Source: Octopus sinensis
Taxonomy: Eukaryota
Direction of reading: 5' to 3'
Assembly: GCF_006345805.1 (NCBI RefSeq)
Contig: NC_043020.1
Location: forward strand, 6,138,001-6,202,000
Length of the DNA stretch: 64,000 bases
Numbering within the stretch: the stretch's first letter is position 1; each line of letters opens with the position of its first letter. The notes below the pieces were generated by a model, which was given only the letters and a program-made list of their open reading frames with translations, was not told the origin of the DNA and searched no databases. A program made the translations under genes and the position numbers. Below are positions 24,494-36,258 of this stretch, piece by piece.

Positions 24494-25289
24494 GGTACAT
24501 AGACGGGTAGGTACACGAGAGTGCAGATAGGGAGGTACATAGAGGGGCAGATAGAGAGCTACATAGACAGGCTGTTAAGCAGATGGTCAGACAGACAGGT
24601 AGAAAGATGGGAGCTAGACAGATAATGTATTTGCTGACGTATACGACACTCTCACATGAGATGGACCTCTACTTTATATTTTGTGGAAAAAACAGGATTT
24701 ATTTCATCATCCACTCATACACGCAGCATCCTTTCTCAAATACAATTGCATGAAACACATGGCAATTTTTTTGTTACATTAAAGAACAAAAATGCATGTC
24801 TTTTGTGCTGGAGTATACAGTTACGCAGAAAGGCAGGCAATCAGAGGAGCAGACAGACAGGTATTTAGACAGGTAAGCAAGTAGACAGAGAGGTAGATAA
24901 AGAGATAGGCAAATAGGAAGGTAAGCAGGTAGATGGGAAGAGAGATGAAAAAGCAGACAGATAGCCAAGTGGAGGTAGATCTCAGCTGTTTGATCAACTG
25001 AGTTGCCTGCCCCTGAATTAATGATTAAGTGGCTGAGTATACCACGGGCATGTATGCTTTTAACGTAATTCATAGTCAGAGTTAGTGTGACACAATGTGT
25101 GACAAGGATGTACCTTTTGAATTAAAAGTGCAATCTGTCTGACAGGCTTCAATACAGTTTCCATTTACCCTATTAGACTTACAAGGTATGGGGCTATAGA
25201 AAATGACATTTGCTCAAGGTACCTCACTGTGAGATTGAACCGAAGACCTCATGGTTGCAAAATGAACTTGTAAACCATTTGGACGCACT

Positions 25290-26555
25290 GTGCCTATAGA
25301 CAGACAAGAATAACTGGCTCCCTGTCAATTTTGACAACGAGGGTTTCAGTTGATACAAGCCTGCTTGTGAAGTTAACATGTAAGTGGCCGAGTACTCCAC
25401 GGACACAAGAACCCTTAATGTAGACAGACAGGTAAGAAGATAAACAGGTAGATAGGATATAACAGGCACTCTGTCGGTTACGACAATGAGGGTTCCAGAT
25501 GATCCGATCAACGGAACAGCTTGCTCATGAAATTAACATGCAAGTGGCCGAGTACTCCACAGACACACGTACCCTTAATGTAGTTCTCAGGGAGATTCCA
25601 CATGACACAGAATGTGACAAGGCTGGCTCCCTTTGAAATTACAGGTACCACTCATTCTTTTCAACAGAATGGACTGGAGCAGTGTGAAATAAAAGGTCTT
25701 GCTTAAGGATACAAATACCACTGGGATTTGAACATACAACCTTACAGTCACGATCCACATACCCTCAAAACTAAGCCAATTGCCTTCATAAGGGTGCATG
25801 GCCTGGTGGTTAGGGTGTTGCAATAATGATCATGAGACCATGGGTTCGATTCCTGCACTGGGCAGTGCATTGTGTTCTTGAGCAAAACACTTCATCCCGC
25901 TTTGCTCTCCGATCTCTTCAACATCTGACGTGTACGACACTGTGCACCTGTTCAGGTAACATCAATCTGATGGAGGGAGTGAACTAATATACGGCACAAA
26001 CACTTGACAAATATAAACAAAATCATTTGTGCAGGTCATTCAAGAAGAAATCGCAGAACAGACGAGTAAATAGACAGACAGGTAAAAAGACAGGTAAGAA
26101 GACAAACAGGTAGATAGGATATAACTGGCACTCAATCAGTTATGACAACAAGGATTCCGGTTGATCCGATTAATGGAACAGCTTGCTTGTGAAATTAACA
26201 TGCAAGTGGCCGAGTACTTCACAGACACAAGTACCCTTAATGTAGGCAGACAGGTAAGAAGATAAACAGGTAGATAAGATATAACTTGCACTGTTGGTCA
26301 TGACAACGAGGGTTTCAGTTGATCTGATCAACAAAATAGCTTGCTCATGAAATTAACGCGCAAGTGGCCAAGTACTCCACAGACACAAGTACCCTCAATG
26401 TAGACAGAGAGGTAAGAAGATAAACAGGTAGATAAGATATAACTAGCACTCTTGGTTATACGACAAGGGTTCCAGTTGATCTGATCAACGAAATAGCCTG
26501 CTTGTGAAATTAACGTACAAGTGGCCGAGTACTCCACAGACACAAGTACCCTTAA
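25290..26555. repeat. Five copies of a 157-160-bp unit (SINE internal segment plus AGAC/AGAT spacer) in two clusters
   Basis: The anchor (GT/GA)ACCCT(T/C)AA occurs at 25409, 25569, 26231, 26389 and 26546. Confidence 0.75.
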
Positions 26556-26799
26556 AGAAGTTCTCAGGGAGATTCAGCATGACGCAGAGTGTGACAAGGC
26601 TGGCCCTTTGAAATACAGGTAAAACTCATTTTTGCTAGCTGAGTGGACTGGAGTAATGCGAAATAAATCGTCGTGCTCAAGGACACCACACATCCCTGAG
26701 AATTGAACTCAAGACCTTACGATCATGGGCCAAATACCCTAACCACAAAGTCACATGCCTTCACAAGATGGGATATATTTAAATGATAATGCTACTTAC

Positions 26800-27078
26800 T
26801 GTAATTGTCCAATATTCTGTTTTCCAAGGATATCGATACAAAAGGGTCGCATAGAGTTCCAGGTAACTAAGAGCTAACAATGCTTTCTCTACATCAAAAC
26901 TGTTGGATTTCACATTGGCGATGATGATGTCCATAATAATATTATCAAAATGCTTGCTGGGACGATCTTCAATTAGCAATGTTTGGGCAACATTGACTAG
27001 GTCCCGATGTGAAGAGGCCGGCGAATCAGGGTTCTTTAAATATTTCTGATAGGTAGTGTGCAGTTGTTGGAGGGACAT
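26800..27078 (-). CDS. SPATA2: SPATA2/Tamozhennic-like protein, first coding exon (93 aa, N-terminal part of PUB-like domain)
   Basis: ATG at 27078 has an in-frame TAA four codons upstream. The peptide LALSYLELYATLLYRYPWKTEYWTIT matches the SPATA2/Tamo PUB motif (LE..x.L..YPWK.E...I). Donor ACA|GTAAGT at 26800/26799, phase 0. An upstream acceptor (TTTTCTTTTTTCTTTTCAG|G) puts the exon start at 27168. Confidence 0.88.
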
Positions 27079-27168
27079 AGCTGAGAGTTAGCACACATCC
27101 TCACTCAGACATTAGCTAAAACGAGATTTAGAGCAGAGGTCGTCCTTTCAAGGTGGTGCGGGCAAAAC
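27079..27168 (-). other. 5' UTR part of the first coding exon, containing the micro-uORF ATG TCT GAG TGA (27112-27101)
   Basis: Strong acceptor at 27169. The uORF is out of frame with the main ATG and ends 22 nt upstream of it. Confidence 0.65.
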
Positions 27169-28745
27169 CTGAAAAGAAAAAAGAAAAGAGTCAAAATTGG
27201 AGATTAAGGAAGTAATTAAAAATACGCACAATATGATATAATGAAAGTAAAAGAGAGAGAGGGAAAGAGTGTGAGTGTGCATGTGGGGGGGTCTCTCACA
27301 CTCATACACACAGTATAATATATAAAGAGAAAAAGAACACTTATGTTTTTATATATAGAGAATGTGTGTGTGTGTGTGCGTTTACATTTGTTGTTAAATC
27401 GAGTACTGTGTCGGGCAGAGTTGCCTCCCTTAGCTAAAGACCTCAAAATTGTGAGACCCAATCTCATTTTTGAGGTTACTTTCGTAGTAAAAAAAGAGTT
27501 GTGAAAAATACACTTTATTCGGTAGCCAAAAGATAACTGAATATGTTGATCCCTCATATATCAAAATCGGCACCTCATTTTTCAAATCCATATGCAACAT
27601 ATGTCCATGCATGCACACACACACACGCACACACACAAACTCTGGGGCATTAGGAAAGGCATCCAGCTATAGAAACTCTGCCAGATCAAGATTGGAGCCT
27701 GATGCAGCCATCTGGTTCGCCAGCCCTCAGTCAAAATCGTCCAACCCATGCTAGCTTGGTAAGCGGACGTTAAACGATGATGATGATATATATATGGCAC
27801 GTAAAAAGCACCCACTACACTCACGGAGTGGTTGGCGTTAGGAAGGGCATCCAGCTGTAGAAACATTGCCAGATTAGACTGGAGCCTGGTGCAGCCTTCT
27901 GGCTTCCCAGAACCCCGGTCGAACCGTCCAACCCATGCTAGCATGGAGAACGGACGTTAAACGATGATGATTATATATATATATACACACACACACACAC
28001 AGATATCAAACAGGATTTGAGAATAAATAAAAAGCACAAAGATAAATAATACAAAGAAATTAGTTAAAAAAATATTAAGTCATTCTTTAATGTCGAACAA
28101 GATAACTTTATCTAAGAGTGTGTGTGTATGTGTGGAGGAGATATACAGGATCTAAGCAACATTCTTGTAATGCTTTTGTTACAAAAGAGCAAGGGTAAGT
28201 CCTAATATAGCTTTACAAGGCATTTGAATCCGGTAATAAAAGAGGGAAAGACTTGGCTCAGATGTTTCCAACAGTATCGATGCTACTCAAAGCATTCCGT
28301 CCTTTCCTCGTTGAGTGCTAGTGCCAAACTGAACAATGGATTTAAGCCTATCAGACCACACCCTATGCGGTCTCCATAAATGCGATTTCTAGAACAAATG
28401 AGTCGAAACTTGCCAAAGCTAATTATAGTTGGAAACCACTTAAATAATTAAAATCATGGTCATTGTCTCCCTGAAAGCAAGCACAAGAAGTGGTTTCCGC
28501 TGTTCTTGTTATCCAGTGAAGGAAATGCTGACATACGATGAGTCAGAGGTAATGGATTCCCCTAAAACCATTCTACAGAGAACAGTCAGCTGTTATCGTG
28601 TGGTTGAGAGATCCTCAACCGTTTTTGTATCAAGGACTGGTTTCACACGAAACAATTTCTCCACGGAGTGGGGGGGGGGGGGAGGAGTCACGCGCATAAC
28701 AACACACAAAAAGGCACATAACATAATTGAAATATAACATATATA

Positions 28746-29453
28746 TCTATATATATAAAACTCGACTTGTGTGTCTGTGTGTGTGTCTGTGTGTTTAACT
28801 TCCTGGCACATCTCCTCCAAGCCAACAAATCGTAGAACCACCAAAAATGGGTCACTTAAAGTTTAGGCAAATGAAAATTGAACTGCGCTATTTCTGTTCC
28901 GAAATTCATCTCGCAAGTGCAAAAATCGATAATGTGTTTGTTTAGGCCTTATCCCATGCATTGAATAGTGAACTTTACTCAGTCAGCATGCATAAATTGC
29001 ATGAAAAATAAAAAATCAAGATATAAAAACGAATCGCTGTAAACATTGTAGAAATTCGTCAAAGAAATGAATTTTCGGGATGTAGCCTGGAGGGATTTTT
29101 TGTATTGATATATATACATATCATCATATATATATATGTATATATATTATAGATTATGATACATATATACATATATATATATGAGAGTATGATAGAAGAA
29201 GGCTAACTCTTCCTTCCGTAGAAGAAAAAATTCAAATCAGACCATGTTAACACCAAAAATTATTTACATCAAAAAGGTGCCTTTTTTTCTATGAAAATCC
29301 CTATTTTTTACGATGTTTTGACTGCTGTGTCGCCATTTTTCGGTGTATTTCACTTAAAGAGAATAACAAGCTACATACTGCCAAATTTTTACTTTTCAAA
29401 AATTCCAATTCTAAAGGGTCTAAACAAACCGCAACACCAGGCAATTCTGCTAG
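28746..29453 (+). mobile_element. Non-autonomous Helitron
   Basis: A|TC start (TCTATATATATAAA), degenerate subterminal hairpin and CTAG|T end. Confidence 0.7.
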
Positions 29454-29719
29454 TATTATATATAAAATAGATATATGTTACATGTATAAAGGAAAAACCA
29501 ACAGACTGTGATAGCCAATTATATAGAAATGAAATCTTAGAATTTATTCTTTTCATGCAGCTTGGTACCAAATGATCACACAATAAAATATACAATATAT
29601 TATTTAATTATTACATAAATATTACATACATTTAACACAGTAACATTCTGCAGGCCGGGATAGTCAATATAAATGAAATTCATTTTTTCTGTGCAGTGTA
29701 GCCCAGTATAAAATGACCA

Positions 29720-30243
29720 CACAAAGTGCATAATATTGTGACCCCTTCGGTCATGAATGACCATGGGATTGCACCTTGAAAGTTACCCTCCAAGGCACAT
29801 ATCTGGGCAAGGTTGTTTATGGAAGACCAGCAGTCACCCATCCATACCAGCCTCCCCCTCTCCACGCCACCGATGTTATCCACGGGAAAGACAAAGGGGC
29901 CGATACCGCTTGGCACCAGTGACGTCGCGGCTCATTAACGTGAAAGTGACTGAGCACTCCACAGACACGTCTACCCTTAACGTAGTTCTCGGTGAGATTC
30001 AGCATGACACAGAGAGTGACAAGGCTGGCCCTTTTGAAATACAGGTACAACAGAAACAGGAAGAAAAAGTGAGAGAAAGTTGTGGTGAAAGAGTACAGCA
30101 GGGATCACCACCATCCCCTGCTGGAGCCTCGTGGAGCTTTAGGTGTTTTCACTCAACAAGCACTTACAATGCCCGGTCTGGAAATCGAAACCGCGATCCT
30201 ACGACTGCAAGTCCGCTGCCCTAACCACTGGGCCATTGCGCCT
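29720..30243 (-). mobile_element. tRNA-derived SINE family 3, full length
   Basis: Minus-strand head AGGCGCAATGGCCCAGTGGTTAGG...GGTTTCGATTTCC; internal parts recur at 1-217, 25.2-26.7 kb and 59956-60081. Confidence 0.7.
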
Positions 30244-30278
30244 CCACACACGAAATGCATAATGTATAATTTAATTAT

Positions 30279-30810
30279 TACATATATAATACATATAAAT
30301 TACATATATATATAATACATATAAATTACATATATATATAATATATATAAATTACATATATATATAATACATATAAATTACATATATATATAATACATAT
30401 AAATTACATATATATATAATACATATAAATTACATATATATAATACATATAAATTACATATATATATAATACATAAATTACATATATATATAATACATAT
30501 AAATTACATATATATATAATACATATAAATTACATATATATATAATACATATAAATTACATATATATATAATACATATAAATTACATATATATATAATAA
30601 TATAAATTACATATATATATAATACATATAAATTACATATATATATAATACATATAAATTACATATATAATACATATAAATTACATATATATATAATACA
30701 TATAAATTACATATATATATAATACATATAAATTACATATATATATAATACATATAAATTACATATATATATAATACATATAAATTACATATATATATAA
30801 TACATATATA
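30279..30810. repeat. AT-rich minisatellite of about 26 bp, about 19-20 units
   Basis: Unit CATATAAATTACATATATATATAATA with variable (TA)n length. Confidence 0.9.
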
Positions 30811-31693
30811 TTACACATATAATACAAATATAATGTAAAAACAGCCTTAAAGACTGTGGTAGTCAGTAAAATAGAAATAAAGTTTACAATCTATTCTTTC
30901 TGTACAGCCCAGCACTGGTCCGGGGGTTAGTGATTGGGGGCCTCCTTGATTAAGATTTTCTAATCACCTTCCAATTTTCTTTTTATTAATAATATCCTTC
31001 ATATCAAGCTTATGCGAAATCACAGCTTTGAAAGCATCTACAAGTAATTTTTTAGCAAAGTACCATCCGATCGTGGCCATTTGCCAGCCTCGCCGGGCTC
31101 CCATGCCGGTGGCACGTAAAAAGCACCCACTACACTCACGGAGTGGTTGGCGTTAGGAAGGGCATCCAGCCGTAGAAACACTGCCAGACCAGACTGGGCC
31201 TGGTGCAGCCTTCTGGCTTCCCAGACCCCAGTTGAACCGTCCAACCCATGCTAGCATGGAAAGCGGACGCTAAACGATGATGATGATGATGATGATATGG
31301 GAACATTAAACCTGCCGACGTAATACTCTGTAAATATGCAATTATACTTCAGTTTAGAGCTAGTAGAAGGGGTCTGTTGCTAGCTATTTCGGGTCCTATT
31401 GTCAGTACTTCTCCTTTGAACTAAGCTCTGTGGACTAACAACAAAAACGCTCAGTCGTATGTCACAGCTTAAATTCATTAAGGGCCGGGCAAGGGAATGG
31501 GTTCCCTAAGATGGCAGAGAGCCCTCACACACAAAATCACGATAGCAAGAGCCAGTATTCTACTTACATAAATGAATTGATATGCAGTTACGTTTTGTAA
31601 AAAGTGAAAGTAAATTGCATTACGACGATTTTGTAAACAAAGATATGCTCGGTTAAATACGAGCTTCTTACGACACCAATACGAGCTTCTTAC

Positions 31694-32098
31694 TGTGTGG
31701 TAAGTAGCTTGCTTACCAACCACATGGTTCCGGGTTCAGTCCCACAGCAAGCCACCTTGGGCAAGTGTCTTCTACTATAGCCTCGGGCCGACCAAAGCCT
31801 TGTGAGTGGATTTGGTAGACGGAAACTGAAAGAAGCCCGTCGAATATATATATATATATGTATATATATATGTGTGTGTGTATATGTATGTGTGTGTATG
31901 TGTTTGTCCCCCTAGCATTGCTTGACAACCGATGCTGGTGTGTTTACGTCCCCGTAACTTAGCGGTTCGGCAAAAGAGACCGATAGAATAAGTACTGAGC
32001 TCACAAAAAAGAATAAGTCCCGGGGGTCGAGTTTGCTCGATTAAAGGCGGTGCTCCAGCATGGCCGCAGTCAAATGACTGAAACAAGTAAAAAAGTAA
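31694..32098 (+). mobile_element. SINE family 1
   Basis: Head slightly truncated; body and tail intact. Confidence 0.85.
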
Positions 32099-32099
32099 G

Positions 32100-32600
32100 G
32101 GCGACAACGCGAAACGAGAGATGCTCCCTTTACATCATATCTATATGAACACAGGTGATGAAATAGATTTAGAGACCGTAAAAAAAAAGAATCTATATAA
32201 ATCATTTATGCAATGTTTTCGTGTAAGCTTAACTACCGGGTGTACGTATTCTTTACTTTCGCCTTTTCGTGTTATATAAAATATAACGAAGTTCTAGGAC
32301 AGTGGTCAGCAAAGGTAGTACTGGGGGTCCGTAAACATGTTAAGCCGGCAGACCTTTCGGCGTCTTCAGAAATATAAACAAAGTCACGTGTATACTTATA
32401 CCGAAGGATCGCCTAATGGAGAACCTTCGGTATATGTACCGGTGTAAGTACCGGATACATTTCAAGAAAGTGTTTGTTTTTTTTTGTATATGTGGGGGGG
32501 GGGTTGTGTTAGGGTTAGGGGTGGAAGAAAAGGGTTTCTGTTATCTTCAGAAATGTAAACAAAGTCACGTGTGTACCTATTCCGAAGCATCGCCCACAGA
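32100..32600. promoter_or_regulatory. Candidate promoter region (CpG-retaining unique DNA with a duplicated forkhead + E-box module)
   Basis: Local CpG enrichment against a CpG-poor background. A 51-bp direct duplication (32363-32413 / 32544-32594) carries (A/G)TAAACAA followed by GTCACGTG in each copy. It lies about 5 kb upstream of the SPATA2 5' UTR acceptor. Confidence 0.4.
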
Positions 32601-34016
32601 GGAAACAAACGAGGACAGACAGACGGATTAAATCGATTATACCGATCCCAGTGCGTAACTGGTACTTAATTTATCGAACCCGAAAGGATGAAAGGCAAAG
32701 TCGACCTCGGCGGAATTTGAACCCAGAACGTACCGGCAGACGAAATACCCGCTTAGCATTTCGCCCGGCGCGGGCTAACGTTTCTGCCAGCTCGCCGCCT
32801 TATAAGCCCAAAGTAACCGTCGCAGTGGAACTGAACTCGAAACTACATGGTCGCTAAGCTAGCTTTACCACGCGGCCATAATTGTGCCGGGCAAATAAAA
32901 CAAAATAAAATAAAATATATTAAAAAATAAATAAATAAAAATAGCAAGATTTTCGAAGTTTTTCATACTTCGAGCCATACCTTGATGAACACCAAATGCA
33001 AAGAGCCAGAGTTAATTGCCGTGTTTCTTTGAAGAAAGTTTACCCAACAAGTGTGTTCAACACCCACGTGGGCATGAGACATATCAATCAACCCACACTT
33101 GCTATAGATAACAAAAACAGCTGACACATTACACAAGGATTTCTCTCACCCACGTCTAAGTTTTCAATAAATGATGCTGCCCACAATGGGAGAGGCACTT
33201 TGGTTATTCAATAACTGAATGATTCATTACAAATTCAAAAGGGATAGGCGATTGAAGGCATTGATTATAATCGAACGAAATTCGTGACTGGAACATTAAT
33301 AATAGATCGTATGATCGCGATAGAGGTTTGTTGTAGTTTCCACGTGTTGTTTACACTTCTAATGCACACATGTTCTGCTGTGGAAGATTAATCATTCCTA
33401 TTATATAATGATGAAATAGTTCGGCTTCCTGAAATGACTTACATTGAAGTATAATTTGGTGATGATCTTTCGGAGTAAGTCTAGAAAACCGAAAAGTGTT
33501 TGTTCGGCAATTTCCCTAAAAAGAATTTCGGCGAAATTCTGGTCTAAGCATCCCATAATAATCCCTTGTTGCCTTTTTAATTTGGGGGAATTTTCAGAAA
33601 AATTTTTTGCGAATTTGCGTTCAGTACACAGGAATTCATGCGATTATGTAACAAAAAAAATATATTTTACCACACCCGCCAACAAGTAAATCCTAAAATT
33701 CCCACATATCCTTTATGAAAGATATCCTTTATGAAAGATATCCTTTATGAATTTTTTTTTTTTTTTAATCAGAGTTTAAAATATGAACAGTACGAAGCTG
33801 TTGTTCGCTTTTGTTTATAATTTCAAAATAATTTTTGAAATCCTAATTCAAAAAGCTAAAAATACTCGCACAAACACACGGCTTATTATGGAATCTGGAT
33901 AGAGTTACACTATGTATCCGGTCGTAACTCTTTTTACTTTTCGGTATTTTCACAATTCTCTTATTATTATTATTATTATTATTATTATTTTTTTTTTTTG
34001 GCGAAATTTGTGTTCA

Positions 34017-34360
34017 GTACTTTTTTGGTTATCTAACCCCCATTAAAAAATTGCCATTAAAAAAATTGAGTTATCTCCCCACTAAAAAATTGAGTTTAAG
34101 TAGTGACAAGAGATCGGATTAAAAGAGATATTTTTGATTGAATACTTCAGCACATTCTTGACTTCTGGCCGCCCTTAATAGGCATGGTATGATTCGTTAT
34201 AAAAATAATATCATTTCCAATAAGATATTTAATCTTTTCACATTTCATGTTTATTAATTCTTCCTTTTTTTTGTTTTTTGTTTTATTGAGGGTTAAACAA
34301 TTTTTTTTAGTTGGGGAGATAACCCAATTTTTTAATGGGGGTTAGATAATCAAAAAGTAC
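34017..34360. mobile_element. Long-TIR (foldback/MITE) element
   Basis: About 68-bp inverted arms (GTACTTTTT..TTATCTAACCCCCATTAAAAAATTG..TTATCTCCCCA..), with a 15-bp internal duplication in the left arm. Confidence 0.65.
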
Positions 34361-34972
34361 CTTTGCATTCTTGCACACTAAACCTCACACGATTATGCAA
34401 AGAAAAACAAAGCAAAAAAAATTCGGATTTTTTGCGCGGAATCAAGAACTCTGACCTAATATGCTGCAAACCCCTTATTTTTGTTCAGAAAAAAGGGGGT
34501 GGGAAACCGGACCACTTGCCGTCCTGGAATCATTGGAAATTCTTTTTTTTTTTTCCGTTGAATGAATTCCGGTGACCTAATATGTCACAAAACATTTTTT
34601 GGGGGTGCGGAAAACGGGAATGGGGGAAGCTTCTGAAATTTCACCTCCACTCCCTTTGGGAAGTACACCCACACGATTTTCACTAAGAAAAAAAAATCCG
34701 AATTCTTTTTCTTAGTGTGAATCGTGCTGGTGAAAGTAGCAAATAACACCAATTTAATAAAAAAAAAAAAAAGGAATTTTTCAATTTACATAAGAGATAA
34801 TTTGGTGGAATTCTGATTTAAGCCCCCCACATAAACCCTATTTTTTTTCAGCTGATTCACATCTTAATGTATATATATATGTGACATTTTTGTGCAGTCA
34901 CTGACCAAAAACTTTTGAATGGAATGGTTTTGTCAGACAGAAACTGAATGAAAGATGAAAAGAAACTGAAAG

Positions 34973-35536
34973 GCGGCGAGCTGGCAGAAATGTTAGCATG
35001 CTGGGCGAAATGCGAAGCTGTATTTCGTCTGGCATTATGTTCTGAGTTCAAATTCCGCCGAGGTCGACTTTGCCTTTCATCCTTTCGGGGTCGATAAATT
35101 AAGTACCAGTTATGCACTGGGGTCGATGTAATCGACTTAATCCGTTTGTCCCCTCTGTGTTTTAGCCCCTTGTGGGTAGTAAAGAAATAGGTATTTTGTC
35201 TGCCGCTACGTTCTGAGTTCAAATTCCACCGAGGTTGACTTTGCCTTTCATCCTTTCAGGGGTCGATAAATTAAGTACCCGTTACGCACTGGGATCGATG
35301 TAATCGACTTAATCCGTTTGTCCATGTTTGTCCCCTCTGTGTTTCGCCCCTTGTGGGTAGTAAAGAAATAGGTATTTTGTCTGCCGTTACATTCTGAGTT
35401 CAAATTCCACCGAGGTTGACTTTGCCTTTCATCCTTTCGGGGGTCGATAAATTAAGTACCAGTTACGCACTGGGGTCGATATAATCAACTTAAACCCTTT
35501 GTCTGTCCTTGTTTGTTCCCTCTCTGTTTAGCCCCT
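34973..35536 (+). mobile_element. SINE family 2, trimer
   Basis: GGCGGCGAGCTGGCAGAA head followed by three bodies. Confidence 0.82.
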
Positions 35537-36227
35537 GGTGTGCAACAAAGAAATAAGAAACCGAAAGAAACATCCCCCCACACACACACACATATACACC
35601 TATCTTGTTTGTACAGGTAAAAGTGTGGTTACCGTTGTTTGAGTTAGAGCAAGGGTTTTCAACCAGTTTTTATCTATGGACCACATGTCAGGTGTCGAAG
35701 GGATCACAAAGCAACACGAGATGAAGTGTTTTGCTCAAGAACACAACACAGAGCCTGGTCCAGGAATTGAAACCACTATCTCACGATGGTGAGTGCAGCA
35801 CCCTAACTGCTAGGCCAATCCTAGTTTTCAAAAATTCCACATTAGCCAGAAGGTATGGAAAAATGATAAAAATAAAATGTGTTTTCCAGTTATATTGCAG
35901 TTAATTAATTACACAGTATATCATTAAAGCGGAATGATAAAAAAAAAAAAAACCTCTTTAAAGTCCACAATTACAAACAAACATTCAATTACAAACCGGT
36001 TACGGAATTTACTAGAAGTGCACATCCTCTTTTTCTCACACACATACATTTATCTGTATGGTAAGCAGCCTGCTTCCCAACTACACGGTTCCGGGTTCAG
36101 TCCCACTGCGTGGCACCTTGGACGGATGTATTCTAATAATAGCTCCAGGCTAACCAAAGTTTTGTAGGGGGATGGTGGTAAAAGGAAAATGAGAGAAGCC
36201 CATCATGTGCATGTGTGTATATGTATG

Positions 36228-36258
<31 letters not shown>

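Larger units (their letters stand above)
13406..26799 (-). other. 13.4-kb GT-AG intron of the SPATA2-like gene
   Basis: GTAAGT donor, branch-like TATTAAC, polypyrimidine tract and CAG acceptor. Joining the exons restores a continuous PUB-domain reading frame. Confidence 0.85.

Noticed and set aside
24040-24606. About 90-bp direct repeat flanking a SINE as a giant target-site duplication
   Set aside because: The copies differ by many substitutions and a 26-bp insertion and lie in a degenerate AGAC/AGGT repeat field, so pre-existing tandem repetition is more likely.
29720-30243. tRNA genes in SINE heads
   Set aside because: A and B boxes are present, but there is no complete cloverleaf or acceptor stem and the heads continue into repeat bodies.
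32345-32370. CTGAAGA-CGCC-GAAA on the minus strand (also about 32533-32550)
   Set aside because: The 4-5 nt between the core motifs cannot form stem II, and stems I and III are absent.
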